Below, in pieces: positions 20,557-30,495 of a stretch of DNA of 64,000 nt; position 1 is the stretch's first letter, and the number at the start of each line of letters is the position of its first letter. This DNA is from Pseudomonadota bacterium. GTDB lineage: Bacteria; Pseudomonadota; Gammaproteobacteria; QQUJ01. Below the pieces are notes generated by a model, which ran no database searches, was not told the origin of the DNA, and was given only the letters and a program-made list of their open reading frames with translations. The stretch lies in contig QQUJ01000018.1 in assembly GCA_008501635.1 (NCBI GenBank), positions 335,286-399,285 of the forward strand, written 5' to 3'. A program made the position numbers and the translations under genes.

Positions 20557-21237
20557 ATGTCGTACTACGTTCTGGTTCACGGAGCCGGGCACGGGGGATG
20601 GTGCTGCGCGCGGCGGGGCGCGAGGCATCCGCCGTCGCTTTGACCGGAGCGGGCGCATCTGATCAATGCCGATATTCGACTCGCGACGCACGTCCAGGAC
20701 GTGTTGAATCTGATTCGCAGCGAGGAGCCGGACGAAGTGGTGCTGGTCGCGCACAGCTACGCGAGAATGGTGATCACCGGCACGGCAGACACGCTGGAGC
20801 GGGAGTGTCCGGGGTTGATCCGGCACCTGATCTACGTGGATGCCGTGGTGCCCAAGCCGGGGGAGCGTTGGAGTAGCCGGCATCCTGCGGAGATCATCAA
20901 GGGTCGCATCGAGGCTGCCCGTCAAAGCGGTGGGGCAGCCATACCACCGCCGGATGCGCAGCTCTTTGGCTTGCAGGGTGCCGACCGGGAGTGGGTGAGC
21001 CGGCGCCAGACACCCCAGTCGGTCGGGGTCTGCCAGGATCCCTTGTCATTCGATATCCGGCGTATCGCGCAATTCCCTCGCACCTAGAACCTATCTCAGA
21101 ATCCCGCGCGAGCTGTGATTGATGTTATGCGTCGGCGCGTACGCGAGGAAGCGGGCTGGAACGTGGTGGAACTGAGAACTGGCCATGACCCGATGGTGAG
21201 CGAGCCCGAAGAGCTGACCGCGATATTGCTCGCCGTT
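20557..21237 (+). pseudogene. Alpha/beta-hydrolase (methylesterase-like) pseudogene
   Basis: MSYYVLVHGAGHGGWC, then frameshifts (VLRAAG...LTG; ERAHL...VVLVAHSYARMVITG...FPRT*), a MITE end at 21085, then ...WNVVELRTGHDPMVSEPEELTAILL. Confidence 0.85.
21085..21117. mobile_element. MITE terminal inverted repeat remnant
   Basis: TAGAACCTATCTCAGAATCCCGCGCGAGCTGTG, 32/33 identical to the right TIR (reverse complement) of the element at 60144-60411. Confidence 0.88.
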
Positions 21238-21467
21238 GAGGTGTGCAGCGAAACCGTCGGTGTGCTGTGTCAGCGAGCCACCCGCGGTCGCGGCGGATCG
21301 CCGGCAACGCTGCAAGCTTTGAGGGTCAGAGATTGTTGTCGCATTGCCATTCCCGTGCAGGTGGAAGTTCGGGGTTCAAGGCGCGATGACAAGCGGATCG
21401 CCGCTTGCGTGGGGTGATGGTGAAAACCGAGTGTCGCAGATAAACCGCTGATCGTGCTGGAGGTCGC

Positions 21468-21983
21468 TCAGAACGGCTCCATGCCCGCCTTAATCGCGCT
21501 GATGATTCTCTGCTCCATCTGTTCGCCAAGTTCTTTGGCTTTCGCGCTGGGCTCGTGCTGGACAAGATAGCTCGGCCGGATGGTAATGACGGTAACCTTC
21601 CGCGGTGCTGCCCGCGTCGTATAGGCAACCAGTTTGAAGGGACAGAGAACCGCGAGATCGATATCGGTATTGATCGCGTCCAGGTTGAACAGGAGCGAGC
21701 AGAAGTGCACGGCCTGGACATGATCGAAGCCGATGGTGTTCCAGCGCATCTCCCCGAGCGCCTCCTTGTTGCGCTCCAGTGCTCCGGAGAGATTTTGCTC
21801 GCTGGTGATGGTGAACTGATGCGTTTCCAGCCCGAACTTGATGGCATCCAATACCTCGGCAAAATCGCCGGTGGTGTGGTGTTTCCACAAGGCTGGATTC
21901 CGCGTATCCGCTGCCGTACCCAGGCCGCTCATGAGACTTGCAATCAGGAGCGTCGGAATTGCTGCAAATATTGGTCGCCACAT
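21468..21983 (-). CDS. Exported DUF302-like protein
   Basis: Signal peptide MWRPIFAAIPTLL...; HFCS and LCPFKL motifs typical of DUF302; GGAGG RBS. Confidence 0.7.
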   Translation of the reverse strand: MWRPIFAAIPTLLIASLMSGLGTAADTRNPALWKHHTTGDFAEVLDAIKFGLETHQFTITSEQNLSGALERNKEALGEMRWNTIGFDHVQAVHFCSLLFNLDAINTDIDLAVLCPFKLVAYTTRAAPRKVTVITIRPSYLVQHEPSAKAKELGEQMEQRIISAIKAGMEPF

Positions 21984-22138
21984 GGCCACCACCTCCTCTG
22001 TACCGAACGATGTGGATTTCTGCGCTAGCGGCTCCTCGATACCCGCCACTATGCTTGAGTATAGATTGGTTTTGCGGCAGGGAATGCTTTTTCAGGGTGC
22101 TCAGTGCGAGGTGTTGCGGACCGAGCCGGAACGCATGC

Positions 22139-23347
22139 TTAGTTCAGTATCTCGTAATCCCGTAACCCGATCAGATAGAGAATTCCGTCCAGCCCGAGCG
22201 TGGAGATGGCCTGCCGGGCGTTGGCTTTGACGATGGGTTTGGCGTGGAAGGCGATGCCGAGTCCGGCGGCTTCCAGCATCGGCAGATCGTTGGCGCCGTC
22301 ACCCACCGCAATCACCTGCTCGAGGTTGATGTGCTCCTTGACCGCGATCTCCTTGAGCAGTTCCGCTTTGCGCTGGCCGTCGATGATCTCACCGGCGACC
22401 CGGCCGGTTACCCTGCCGTCGGTGATTTCCAGCTCGTTGGCGTAGACGTAATCAATACCGAGTTTTTGCTGCAGGTGCTGGCCGAAGAAGGTGAAACCGC
22501 CCGAGACGATGGCGGTTTTGTAGCCCAGCGCCTTGAGATTGGCAAACAGCCGTTCGGTGCCTTCGGTGAGTTGCAGTCGCTGCGCGATCGTTTCCAGCAC
22601 GCTGGCGTCGAGACCTTTAAGCAGCGCCAGGCGTTGGCGAAAGCTCTCCTTGAAATCGATATCGCCACGCATGGCCGATTCGGTGATGGCCGCAACCTGT
22701 TCGCCGACACCGGCCTCCTTGGCGAGTTCATCGATAACCTCATGCTGGATGAGCGTCGAGTCCATGTCGAACACCACCAGCCGCCGATTGCGCCGAAAGA
22801 CGTTGTTGCGCTGGAAGGCGATATCGACACCTGATTCGTGAGAGATCTCCATGAACGCCGATTTCATGGTGTGTTCGTCGCGGGGTTCGCCGCGCACAAC
22901 CAGTTCAACGCAGCGGCGGTGTTGATCCAACGCCGGGTCGAGCGGCACGCGCCCCGACTGGCGATGGATTTCGTCGATGTTGAGCCCATGACCGCTGATC
23001 ACCTTGGCGACGCGTGCCATGTGATCGGGAGTGACTTCGCGACCGAACACAGTGATGACGTACAGTGATTTTCCGCGTCCGCCGACCCAGCGCAGATACT
23101 CGTCGTCGTCGACCGGCGTGAAGCGCGCGTTGAGCCCCGCCTTGTGCAGGTGGAACAGCACCTCTTTAAGCACCCCGTCTTCGCCCGGCCCGATCTTGAC
23201 CAGCATCGCCAGCGACAGGGTGTTGTGGACAACCGCCTGACCGATATCGAGGATTTCCACATCGAATTGGGCCAGTACCTCCATCAGCGAGGCGGTCAGA
23301 CCCGGGCTGTCGTCGCCGGAGATCTGGATCAAGACGATGTTGTTCAT
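22139..23347 (-). CDS. serB: Phosphoserine phosphatase SerB with ACT domains
   Basis: FDMDSTLI, SGGF, VGDGANDL; two N-terminal ACT-like domains (GDDSPGL, LDIGQ). Confidence 0.95.
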   Translation of the reverse strand: MNNIVLIQISGDDSPGLTASLMEVLAQFDVEILDIGQAVVHNTLSLAMLVKIGPGEDGVLKEVLFHLHKAGLNARFTPVDDDEYLRWVGGRGKSLYVITVFGREVTPDHMARVAKVISGHGLNIDEIHRQSGRVPLDPALDQHRRCVELVVRGEPRDEHTMKSAFMEISHESGVDIAFQRNNVFRRNRRLVVFDMDSTLIQHEVIDELAKEAGVGEQVAAITESAMRGDIDFKESFRQRLALLKGLDASVLETIAQRLQLTEGTERLFANLKALGYKTAIVSGGFTFFGQHLQQKLGIDYVYANELEITDGRVTGRVAGEIIDGQRKAELLKEIAVKEHINLEQVIAVGDGANDLPMLEAAGLGIAFHAKPIVKANARQAISTLGLDGILYLIGLRDYEILN

Positions 23348-23541
23348 GCCATTCCTGGACGGTTCGCACTGGTTAGGGCGGGGATGATAGCAGCAAGGGC
23401 TTGGCGTTGAAACGCAGAGGATACCCAAGGATGGGGGGGTGTAACGCAAAAGTGCACAACCGCTCCTGCGGTTGGTTTGAACCGGAAACGTGGAGCGAAC
23501 AGGTTCTTTCAGATCTCAGTGACCACGCTAGACCAGACCCC

Positions 23542-23730
23542 GTGTGTGAACTTCTCGGCATGAGCACCAACATCCCCGCCGACATCTGTTTCAGTTTCTC
23601 CGGACTGATGAAACGCGGCGGGGAGACAGGCCCGCACCAGGACGATTGTGGTATTGCCTTCTACGAAGGGTCGTGCTGTCGCGCCTTTCATGACCCGAGC
23701 GCCAGCATACAACGGGAGATCGCGCGCTTG
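23542..23730 (+). pseudogene. N-terminal fragment of class II glutamine amidotransferase (YafJ-like)
   Basis: (V)[42 protein letters not shown] resembles the YafJ N-terminus; similarity stops after about 60 aa. Confidence 0.8.
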
Positions 23731-24018
23731 GCGCCCTACGTCGTTACCGCAACAGCGTTCGGTCTAGGTTCGGGATTGCTGGAATCGTGCACCAGCCTCA
23801 CGGTGGTTCGCTATCTTGGGCAAGGATCTGTGGCGTTTACCTGGGAGCGGACCGACTCGGCAGTAGACGGCAGCCATTCGCACTCGCTCGCGGTCGCCTG
23901 GTCACAAGCGCTCGACGAAGCCTGGGCGCTGACGGCACGAGCCGGACAGCTCGACGCCGCAGGGGGTGACGGTACGCCTTTCGGCAGCGTCGCGCGCGGC
24001 TACGCCTGGTGGCGCCGC

Positions 24019-25059
24019 TCAAGCGGCGGTGTGGAACGATTTGGCCGAGGTTGCCAACGCCGCGCGCAATGCATTGATCTCGCGCATCAATTCGTTGAAG
24101 TAACCGGGGGTCAGCGCCTGCGGACCATCGCACAACGCCTTGGCGGGTTCCGGGTGTACTTCCACCATGATGCCCGCCGCACCGATCACCAACGCCGCCT
24201 TGGTCACCGGGCCGATGATTTCGCGCCGACCTGTGGCGTGGCTGGGGTCGACGATAACCGGCAGGTGGGTGATTTGGCGGAGATAGGGCACGATGCCGAG
24301 ATCGAGCGTGTTGCGCAGCGCGGTTTCAAAGGTGCGGATACCGCGTTCGCATAGCACGACTTGATCGTTCCCTTCGCTGACGATGTACTCGGCAGCGGCC
24401 AGAAATTCTTCGATTGTTGCGCTCAGTCCGCGTTTGAGCATGACCGGTTTTTTGAGCTGGCCGATCTCTTTCAGAAGATCGAAGTTCTGCATGTTACGGG
24501 CGCCGATCTGCAGAAAGTCCGCGGATTCCGCCACGCGCTCCAACTGGTCGATACGCATCACTTCGGTTACGAAAGGCAGACCGGTTTCAGCGCGCGCTTC
24601 CTCCAGGAGCTGCAGTCCGTCGTAACCCATGCCCTGGAAGGTGTGGGGACCGGTGCGCGGCTTGAAGACACCACCGCGCAGCACCCGCGCGCCGGCGGCC
24701 TTGACGGCGCGGGCGGCGTTCAGCAGCTGATCGCGGTTTTCCACCGCACACGGACCGGCGATCATCACCGGTTCTTCAGACCAGCCGAAACGTACGTCGT
24801 TGCCTACGCCGACGACGGTATCCTGGGGATGAAAGTCGCGACTCACCAGTTTGTAGGGCTTCGAGACGTGGATCAGTTCAAGAATCCCCGGCAAGCCGCG
24901 AAACGGTTCCTCGTCGACATACCCATGATTGCCCAGTACACCGATGGCGACACGGTTCTCTCCGGGTATGGGTTGCGGGGTATACCCCAACTCACGGATT
25001 CTGTCGGTAACGGCAGCAATCTGATCCGGAGTGGCGGCATGGTCCATAACGATGAGCAT
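24019..25059 (-). CDS. aroF: DAHP synthase, type I-beta with N-terminal regulatory domain
   Basis: [51 protein letters not shown]. Confidence 0.93.
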   Translation of the reverse strand: MLIVMDHAATPDQIAAVTDRIRELGYTPQPIPGENRVAIGVLGNHGYVDEEPFRGLPGILELIHVSKPYKLVSRDFHPQDTVVGVGNDVRFGWSEEPVMIAGPCAVENRDQLLNAARAVKAAGARVLRGGVFKPRTGPHTFQGMGYDGLQLLEEARAETGLPFVTEVMRIDQLERVAESADFLQIGARNMQNFDLLKEIGQLKKPVMLKRGLSATIEEFLAAAEYIVSEGNDQVVLCERGIRTFETALRNTLDLGIVPYLRQITHLPVIVDPSHATGRREIIGPVTKAALVIGAAGIMVEVHPEPAKALCDGPQALTPGYFNELMREINALRAALATSAKSFHTAA

Positions 25060-25162
25060 TGCGGGGTCCTGCGGCTTCAAAGGAGGGGCAATAATACAGG
25101 ATCTCATTTCGACGTGCCTGTCGATGCGCTCTACAATGCAGGCTCTGAATCAGGGAGTCACT

Positions 25163-25600
25163 ATGCCGCGACCCGAAACACCGCAGCTTGCCGCGGATGC
25201 CATCATCGAACTCATTGACCAGCCGGGAAGACCCATTGTTTTGATCCGACGGCGTAACGCTCCGTTGGGTTGGGCATTACCCGGCGGCTTCGTTGATGTG
25301 GGTGAGAGCGTCGAACGGGCGGCAACGCGCGAAGCATTGGAAGAGACCGGGTTGGCGGCGCAGCTGGTGGTGTTGCTGGGTCTGTATTCGGAACCTGCGC
25401 GCGATGTCCGTGGGCATACGGCAAGCGCGGTTTATGTGGCGCAGGCACAGGGTAAGCCGTCGGCAGGGGATGATGCGGCAGATGTTGGCGTCTTTGCGCT
25501 CGATGCACTACCTGAACCGTTGGCGTTCGATCACGCGCGTATTCTGGATGACTATCGTGTCTATCGCGAACAAGGGCGGCTGCCCGGGCCGCGCACGTGA
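25163..25600 (+). CDS. NUDIX hydrolase (ADP-ribose pyrophosphatase-like)
   Basis: WALPGGFVDVGESVERAATREALEETG Nudix box; AGDDA; LAFDH. Confidence 0.9.
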   Translation: MPRPETPQLAADAIIELIDQPGRPIVLIRRRNAPLGWALPGGFVDVGESVERAATREALEETGLAAQLVVLLGLYSEPARDVRGHTASAVYVAQAQGKPSAGDDAADVGVFALDALPEPLAFDHARILDDYRVYREQGRLPGPRT

Positions 25601-25663
25601 TACTCTCACCCTGGCGGGTAAAGTAAATCCCGCCTTTCATACCTCGCACGTTACGAGAGCGCT

Positions 25664-26008
25664 ATGGCAAAGAAACGCAGTGTCTTCAAGGTGGTTTTTT
25701 TTAACCAAGGCAAGGTGTATGAGCTCTACGCCAAGGGGGTTTCCCAGTCCAGCATGTACGGCTTCGTGGAAGTCGATGGACTGATCTTTGGGGAGCGTTC
25801 GGCGATGCTGGTGGATCCGGCGGAGGAGCGTTTAAAAAGCGAATTTGAAGGCGTGAACCGCACCTACATTCCCATGCATGCCGTGGTGCGTATCGACGAG
25901 GTTGAGAAGGAAGGTGTGGCCAAGATCACCGAGGTAAAGGAGATCAAGGGCGGCAGCGTAACGGCCTTACCTCTCTCGGCGTACAGACCCGGGGATGACT
26001 CCACTTAA
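25664..26008 (+). CDS. DUF1820 family protein
   Basis: FFNQGKVYELYA, VDPAEERLKSEF, IPMHAVVRIDEV. Confidence 0.8.
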   Translation: MAKKRSVFKVVFFNQGKVYELYAKGVSQSSMYGFVEVDGLIFGERSAMLVDPAEERLKSEFEGVNRTYIPMHAVVRIDEVEKEGVAKITEVKEIKGGSVTALPLSAYRPGDDST

Positions 26009-26015
26009 GAACTTG

Positions 26016-26456
26016 TCAGTACTCTTCGCCCAACTCTTCGATGCGATCGACCAGGTGGACCACCAGCTTGAGGAAATCCGCCTCGGTAAGAATACCGATC
26101 AGATAATCGCCGGTAACCACCGGTAGGCAGCCAATCTTTCTTTCCAGCATCAGTCCCGCGGCTTCGCGCAGACTGGTCTTGGCGTCGACGGTGAGCGCGT
26201 TGCGGCTCATCACTTCACGCAACGTGATGTTGGTATCCAGGGCTTCGCGTTCCTCGGCGTCCATGTCGGCCAGAGAAGAGACGGTCAGCGCCAGGACATC
26301 ACGCTGCGTCAGAATGCCCAGAAAGCGATTGTCCGCGTCGACGATGGGAATATGGCGAATGCGATGCTCAGCCATGGCGAGTCTGGCGGTACGCAGGGTA
26401 TCGTTCTCGCTCAAGGTGTAGAGATTGGTCGTCATCAGATCGTTGACGTTAATCAC
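26016..26456 (-). CDS. CBS-domain pair protein
   Basis: IRHIPIVD, GILTQRD, IGCLPVV, GILTEAD; GTG start after GGAGG. Confidence 0.88.
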   Translation of the reverse strand: MINVNDLMTTNLYTLSENDTLRTARLAMAEHRIRHIPIVDADNRFLGILTQRDVLALTVSSLADMDAEEREALDTNITLREVMSRNALTVDAKTSLREAAGLMLERKIGCLPVVTGDYLIGILTEADFLKLVVHLVDRIEELGEEY

Positions 26457-26553
26457 GGCGCTCTTCCTCCCGTCTGCCGGCGCATTGCGGCGGCCATTAT
26501 ACGCGCATACGCCGAGATTCCGCTTCCTTGTGTATTGCGAATCGTTTCGGCAA

Positions 26554-27063
26554 CTACTCGGGGGAGATACGCTGTTGGCCGCTGCGTTGCGAGACGGCGA
26601 GGCGTTGCTGGTGGACCTTGCTGGCGTTGAGGGTGGCGCGCGCCTGCACAGCGCTTTCAAACGCGTGTCCACCGGCAACTACCAAATGTCGAGGCAGATA
26701 GCCCGAGTGCGCCAATTGGGTGCGGATCTGCGCTTGACTGCTGAGGCGTGAATCGACTTCCGTTTGCCAGGGTTTGGCGAGTCGCAGCTCGGGCAGCGCG
26801 GTGTAGAGCGCCGCTTGCCGCCCTGCCGGTTGTAAGGCCGTGTGCGTGTCGCGAGCGGCGTGGCGGTCACGCGGGGCATCTTCCTGGGCTTTGCGGCGTT
26901 CCTCTGCCCAGCGCGACTCCTGTTCGGTGCCGCGATCCTGGATCACACTGGGAACCTGACGTGGCGGCGCGATCTCGAAAACGCTGTTTACGCCGCGTTC
27001 GCCACTGAAATAGGGCGGCGTCTTCAGGTAGCTGTTGAGGGCGTTGTTGTCGCTGACAATCAT
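26554..27063 (-). CDS. Hypothetical protein
   Basis: 169-aa ORF, co-oriented with neighbours and filling the gap; no motif recognised. Confidence 0.4.
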   Translation of the reverse strand: MIVSDNNALNSYLKTPPYFSGERGVNSVFEIAPPRQVPSVIQDRGTEQESRWAEERRKAQEDAPRDRHAARDTHTALQPAGRQAALYTALPELRLAKPWQTEVDSRLSSQAQIRTQLAHSGYLPRHLVVAGGHAFESAVQARATLNASKVHQQRLAVSQRSGQQRISPE

Positions 27064-27206
27064 GAGGTCTGGATCATCCGCCGTTTGGCGTGCTTATGGC
27101 CGATGGAGCTCTCCTCTGGGCTGTAGACCGAAGCGTGATTACCAATGCAGCCGGTGCTAGTCGCGCGAATCGCCTGGGGCTCGTTGCCAATGGCACGGCG
27201 GCGGTG

Positions 27207-27440
27207 TCAGGAATCAAGAAGGCTCGAAAGTGCCTCGTCGGTACGGCGTATCACCGACACAGAGGCTTCGACTTGGGTGCGATTGGCGCTTAATTGCACC
27301 AGTGCCTTGAGGACATCCCCATCGAGGACGCTGGTATCCTGAGTATTGGCATGGGCGATGGTGTGGGCGTTACGATTCAGCCCCTCAAATCCGCGCTGAA
27401 TACCCTGGATAGCACTATCGTAGATCGGATTGATCGCCAT
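27207..27440 (-). CDS. Small protein resembling flagellar rod/hook N- and C-terminal helices (Flg_bbr_C-like)
   Basis: SAIQGIQRG...AHTIA and ALVQL...QVEASVSVIRRTDEALSSLLD; GGAG RBS. Confidence 0.65.
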   Translation of the reverse strand: MAINPIYDSAIQGIQRGFEGLNRNAHTIAHANTQDTSVLDGDVLKALVQLSANRTQVEASVSVIRRTDEALSSLLDS

Positions 27441-27570
27441 GGTTGGCAGCTCCGCAATGGCATCGTCAATGGGCGCCAGTATACCACCCGGGCCAGGTCA
27501 TCCCTATCAACAACGCCCTGCCGGCGGGCTCGTGCCGACCAACGGCAGAGCCCGGCCGATGAATAGACCC

Positions 27571-28845
27571 CTAACCGGCGGCTTTTAACGCCTGATCGAT
27601 GTCTGCCAACAGATCATCGATGTGCTCGATGCCGATCGAGAGACGCACCATGTCCTCGGTAACCCCCGCTTTGACCAACTCGTCGGGAGACAGTTGGCGG
27701 TGAGTGGTGCTGGCCGGGTGGCAGGCAAGTGATTTGCAGTCGCCGATATTGACCAGGCGGGTGATCAACTGCAGGGCATCCTGAAAACGTGCCCCGCCCT
27801 CGCGCCCGCCCTTGACGCCGAAGGTGAGGATGCCGGAAGCGCGTCCCCCCATATATTTCTGCACGAGTGCGTGATCTTTGTGATCGGGCAGCCCGGCGTA
27901 GTTGACCCAGGAAACCTGCGGGTGCTGGCGCAGGAATTCAGCCACCCGCAGCGTGTTGTCGCAGATGCGATCCATGCGCAGCGGTACGGTCTCGATCCCC
28001 TGCAGCAACAGGAAGGCGTTGAAGGGGCTGATCGCCGCACCCATGTTGCGCAGCGGCACCACGCGTGCGCGTCCGATGAATGCTGCCGGGCCCAATGCTT
28101 CCGTGTAGACCACTCCATGGTAGGAGACATCCGGTTCGCTGAGACGGGGGAAACGCGCCTTGTGCTCGGCCCAGGGAAATTTGCCCGAGTCGACAATGGC
28201 ACCCCCGATGGAGTTGCCATGTCCGCCCATGTACTTGGTGAGCGAATGGACCACGATGTCGGCGCCGTGCTCGAAGGGGCGGCACAGGTAGGGGGTGCAG
28301 ACGGTATTGTCCACCACCAATGGGACACCATGGCGATGCGCGATCTCGGCCAGGTGCTCGAAATCGGTGATGTTGCCCAGGGGATTGCCGACCGATTCGC
28401 AGTAGATCGCCTTGGTGCGATCGTCGATCAGTCCCTCGAAACTTTCCGGTTGGCGGTAGTCGGCAAAGCGTACCTGGATGCCCAGCTGCGGCAGGGTATG
28501 AGCAAACAGATTGTAGGTGCCGCCGTAAAGAGTGGCCGCCGAGACGATGTTGTCTCCGGCTTCGGCGATGGTTTGGATGGTGTAGGTGATTGCCGCCTGA
28601 CCGGAAGCCAGTGCCAGACCCCCGATACCGCCCTCCATTTCGGCAACGCGCTTCTCCAGTACATCCTGTGTGGGATTCATGATGCGGGTGTAGATGTTGC
28701 CCTGCACCTTGAGGTCGAACAGGTCGGCGCCGTGCTGGGTGTTGTCGAAGGCGTAGGAGGTGGTCTGGTATATGGGCACCGCGACTGCCTTGGTGGTGGG
28801 GTCGGGGCTAAAACCGCCATGCACGGCGATAGTTTCAATTTTCAT
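27571..28845 (-). CDS. metY: O-acetylhomoserine/O-acetylserine sulfhydrylase
   Basis: PIYQTTSY, IYTRIMNPT, PLP lysine HSLTKYMGGHG, NIGDCKSLACHPASTTH. Confidence 0.94.
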   Translation of the reverse strand: MKIETIAVHGGFSPDPTTKAVAVPIYQTTSYAFDNTQHGADLFDLKVQGNIYTRIMNPTQDVLEKRVAEMEGGIGGLALASGQAAITYTIQTIAEAGDNIVSAATLYGGTYNLFAHTLPQLGIQVRFADYRQPESFEGLIDDRTKAIYCESVGNPLGNITDFEHLAEIAHRHGVPLVVDNTVCTPYLCRPFEHGADIVVHSLTKYMGGHGNSIGGAIVDSGKFPWAEHKARFPRLSEPDVSYHGVVYTEALGPAAFIGRARVVPLRNMGAAISPFNAFLLLQGIETVPLRMDRICDNTLRVAEFLRQHPQVSWVNYAGLPDHKDHALVQKYMGGRASGILTFGVKGGREGGARFQDALQLITRLVNIGDCKSLACHPASTTHRQLSPDELVKAGVTEDMVRLSIGIEHIDDLLADIDQALKAAG

Positions 28846-29076
28846 GCAAACTCCTTGAATTAAAACAGATTATTTGAGATTGTTGGGTACTGTGGGGCCC
28901 CGACTCATCCGCCGGCTAGCATACCGGCCTGGCACCCTCATGCAAAGATCACCGGGCCGCTGCGCCCGGCGGCGTCTGCTGAGGCCAGTTAGCACTTCAT
29001 ATTTTGTCGGATCCGAGGTTATTATTTCAGGTCCACGGTTCGTCCTTGCGATGTGCCGTCCAGCAGAGGGGGTGTT

Positions 29077-29556
29077 ATGGGAGCCACGCAGTCGATCACG
29101 GCCGACGTTACTCTGGATATGACGGGTTCGGTGTGCCCGGGGCCATTGTCTGCCGCCAAGAAAATGGTCGAAGAGTTGGACAACGGTTCGATAATGCTGT
29201 TGATCTCGGATTGCCCGGGTACCGGAGATGATCTGCTTGCCTGGGCGCGGCACACCAGCAACCTGCTGTTGAGTACCGATGCCTTGGGTGACGGTCGCAA
29301 GGGTTACCTGATTCAAAAAGGTGACCTCTGGCCCGCCAATGTGGTGCTCGATATGCGCGGCACTCGCTGCCCGGGGCCGATCATCGAGGCACGCCGCCTG
29401 TTGGACGGGCTGCAGGACGGGGAAGTGCTGAAACTGATAAGTAACTGCAAGGGAACTCCAAGTGACGTCGAGAGCTGGACACGCAAGACCAGCCACGAGT
29501 TACTGGGCCAGGTTGAGGATGCCAACGGAACCTATCAATTCTTTATCCGCAAATGA
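29077..29556 (+). CDS. Tandem double TusA/SirA-domain sulfur-carrier protein
   Basis: Two repeats LDMTGSVCPGP and LDMRGTRCPGP; C-terminal YQFFIRK typical of TusA. Confidence 0.85.
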   Translation: MGATQSITADVTLDMTGSVCPGPLSAAKKMVEELDNGSIMLLISDCPGTGDDLLAWARHTSNLLLSTDALGDGRKGYLIQKGDLWPANVVLDMRGTRCPGPIIEARRLLDGLQDGEVLKLISNCKGTPSDVESWTRKTSHELLGQVEDANGTYQFFIRK

Positions 29557-30385
29557 GTCGGTCGAAACATCGGTAAGCGAGGCACTGGAAGCAACCTCCG
29601 GGCAACGTTACGACCACGCTAAGAAGGCGGGCAACCAGGGCGACCTGGTCAAACACGCGGCGCTGCTCGCTGCGGTGTCGTATATCGCCTATCGGCAGCA
29701 TTGCGAGACATTCGTCTACGCCGAGAGCCACGCCGGCCCTGCGTGCCATACTTTGCAGCCCGGTGGGGCGTGGGAGGCGGGCATCGGTGCTTTCGGCAGG
29801 CGGGTGGCGGGAGTCGATGAAGCGGATCGACGCTGGCCCGCGCTGCATCCCTATACAGCCACCGCTTTTCGGCACACTCCCTGCGCCGGATCGACCTACC
29901 AAGGCTCGCACGTTCTGGTTCATCGTATGCTGACCCGGGCGGATGTCACGCCGCGCATGCACTTGTGGGATATCAGTTCGCATGTCTGCGCGGATTTGAG
30001 ATTGCGCTACCGCAGCGAGCCGGGCGCGCACATCTCCCGCAGCGATGGTTACAGTGGGCTGGCGATGCTCCCCTACGTGGATTTGGCACTGGTCGATGCG
30101 CCGGCTTTCGAACCACGCCGAATTGCGCAGACGATTGCCGGCCTCAGTATCAAGGAGACACCGTTTCTTTGCTGGATTCCGCGCATCGGTGTCGACTCGG
30201 GCGAAGATCCGGTGGTTCGCGAGTTCCGTGATCTGGTGGCGGAGGACTACTTCGTTGGTACGGCCCAGTGGCAGGATTGGACGCCCGGTCTATGCGGTTG
30301 TGCGGTCGTTGCCAGCCCGGAGTTGCAGGAACCGCTCTCGGCGGTGATGACGGAGCTGCTTTGGGCGATGGGCTGGCGCCCCTGA
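29519..30385 (+). CDS. Divergent RlmJ-like SAM-dependent methyltransferase
   Basis: YDHAKKAGNQGDLVKH, YAESHAG, YQGSH, DG, LVDAPAF, CWIP align with RlmJ motifs; start uncertain. Confidence 0.7.
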   Translation: MPTEPINSLSANESVETSVSEALEATSGQRYDHAKKAGNQGDLVKHAALLAAVSYIAYRQHCETFVYAESHAGPACHTLQPGGAWEAGIGAFGRRVAGVDEADRRWPALHPYTATAFRHTPCAGSTYQGSHVLVHRMLTRADVTPRMHLWDISSHVCADLRLRYRSEPGAHISRSDGYSGLAMLPYVDLALVDAPAFEPRRIAQTIAGLSIKETPFLCWIPRIGVDSGEDPVVREFRDLVAEDYFVGTAQWQDWTPGLCGCAVVASPELQEPLSAVMTELLWAMGWRP

Positions 30386-30495
30386 CCGATCCGTTCCTGT
30401 TCCCGATTTCCGCAGGAGATATGGCGACCCGCCGTGCGTTGGTTTAGTGGCGGGCTCCTGTTACAGTGGCCCGCCGGTTCCCTACGACACGTTTC

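Noticed and set aside
23401..24354. 317-aa ORF as an intact gene
   Set aside because: It is a patchwork of a YafJ fragment, an unrelated segment and antisense aroF; treated as a remnant.
28846..29076. SAM/SAH riboswitch upstream of metY
   Set aside because: Short GC hairpins are present, but I could not match SAM-I, SAM-II or SAH consensus elements by eye; an Rfam scan would settle it.
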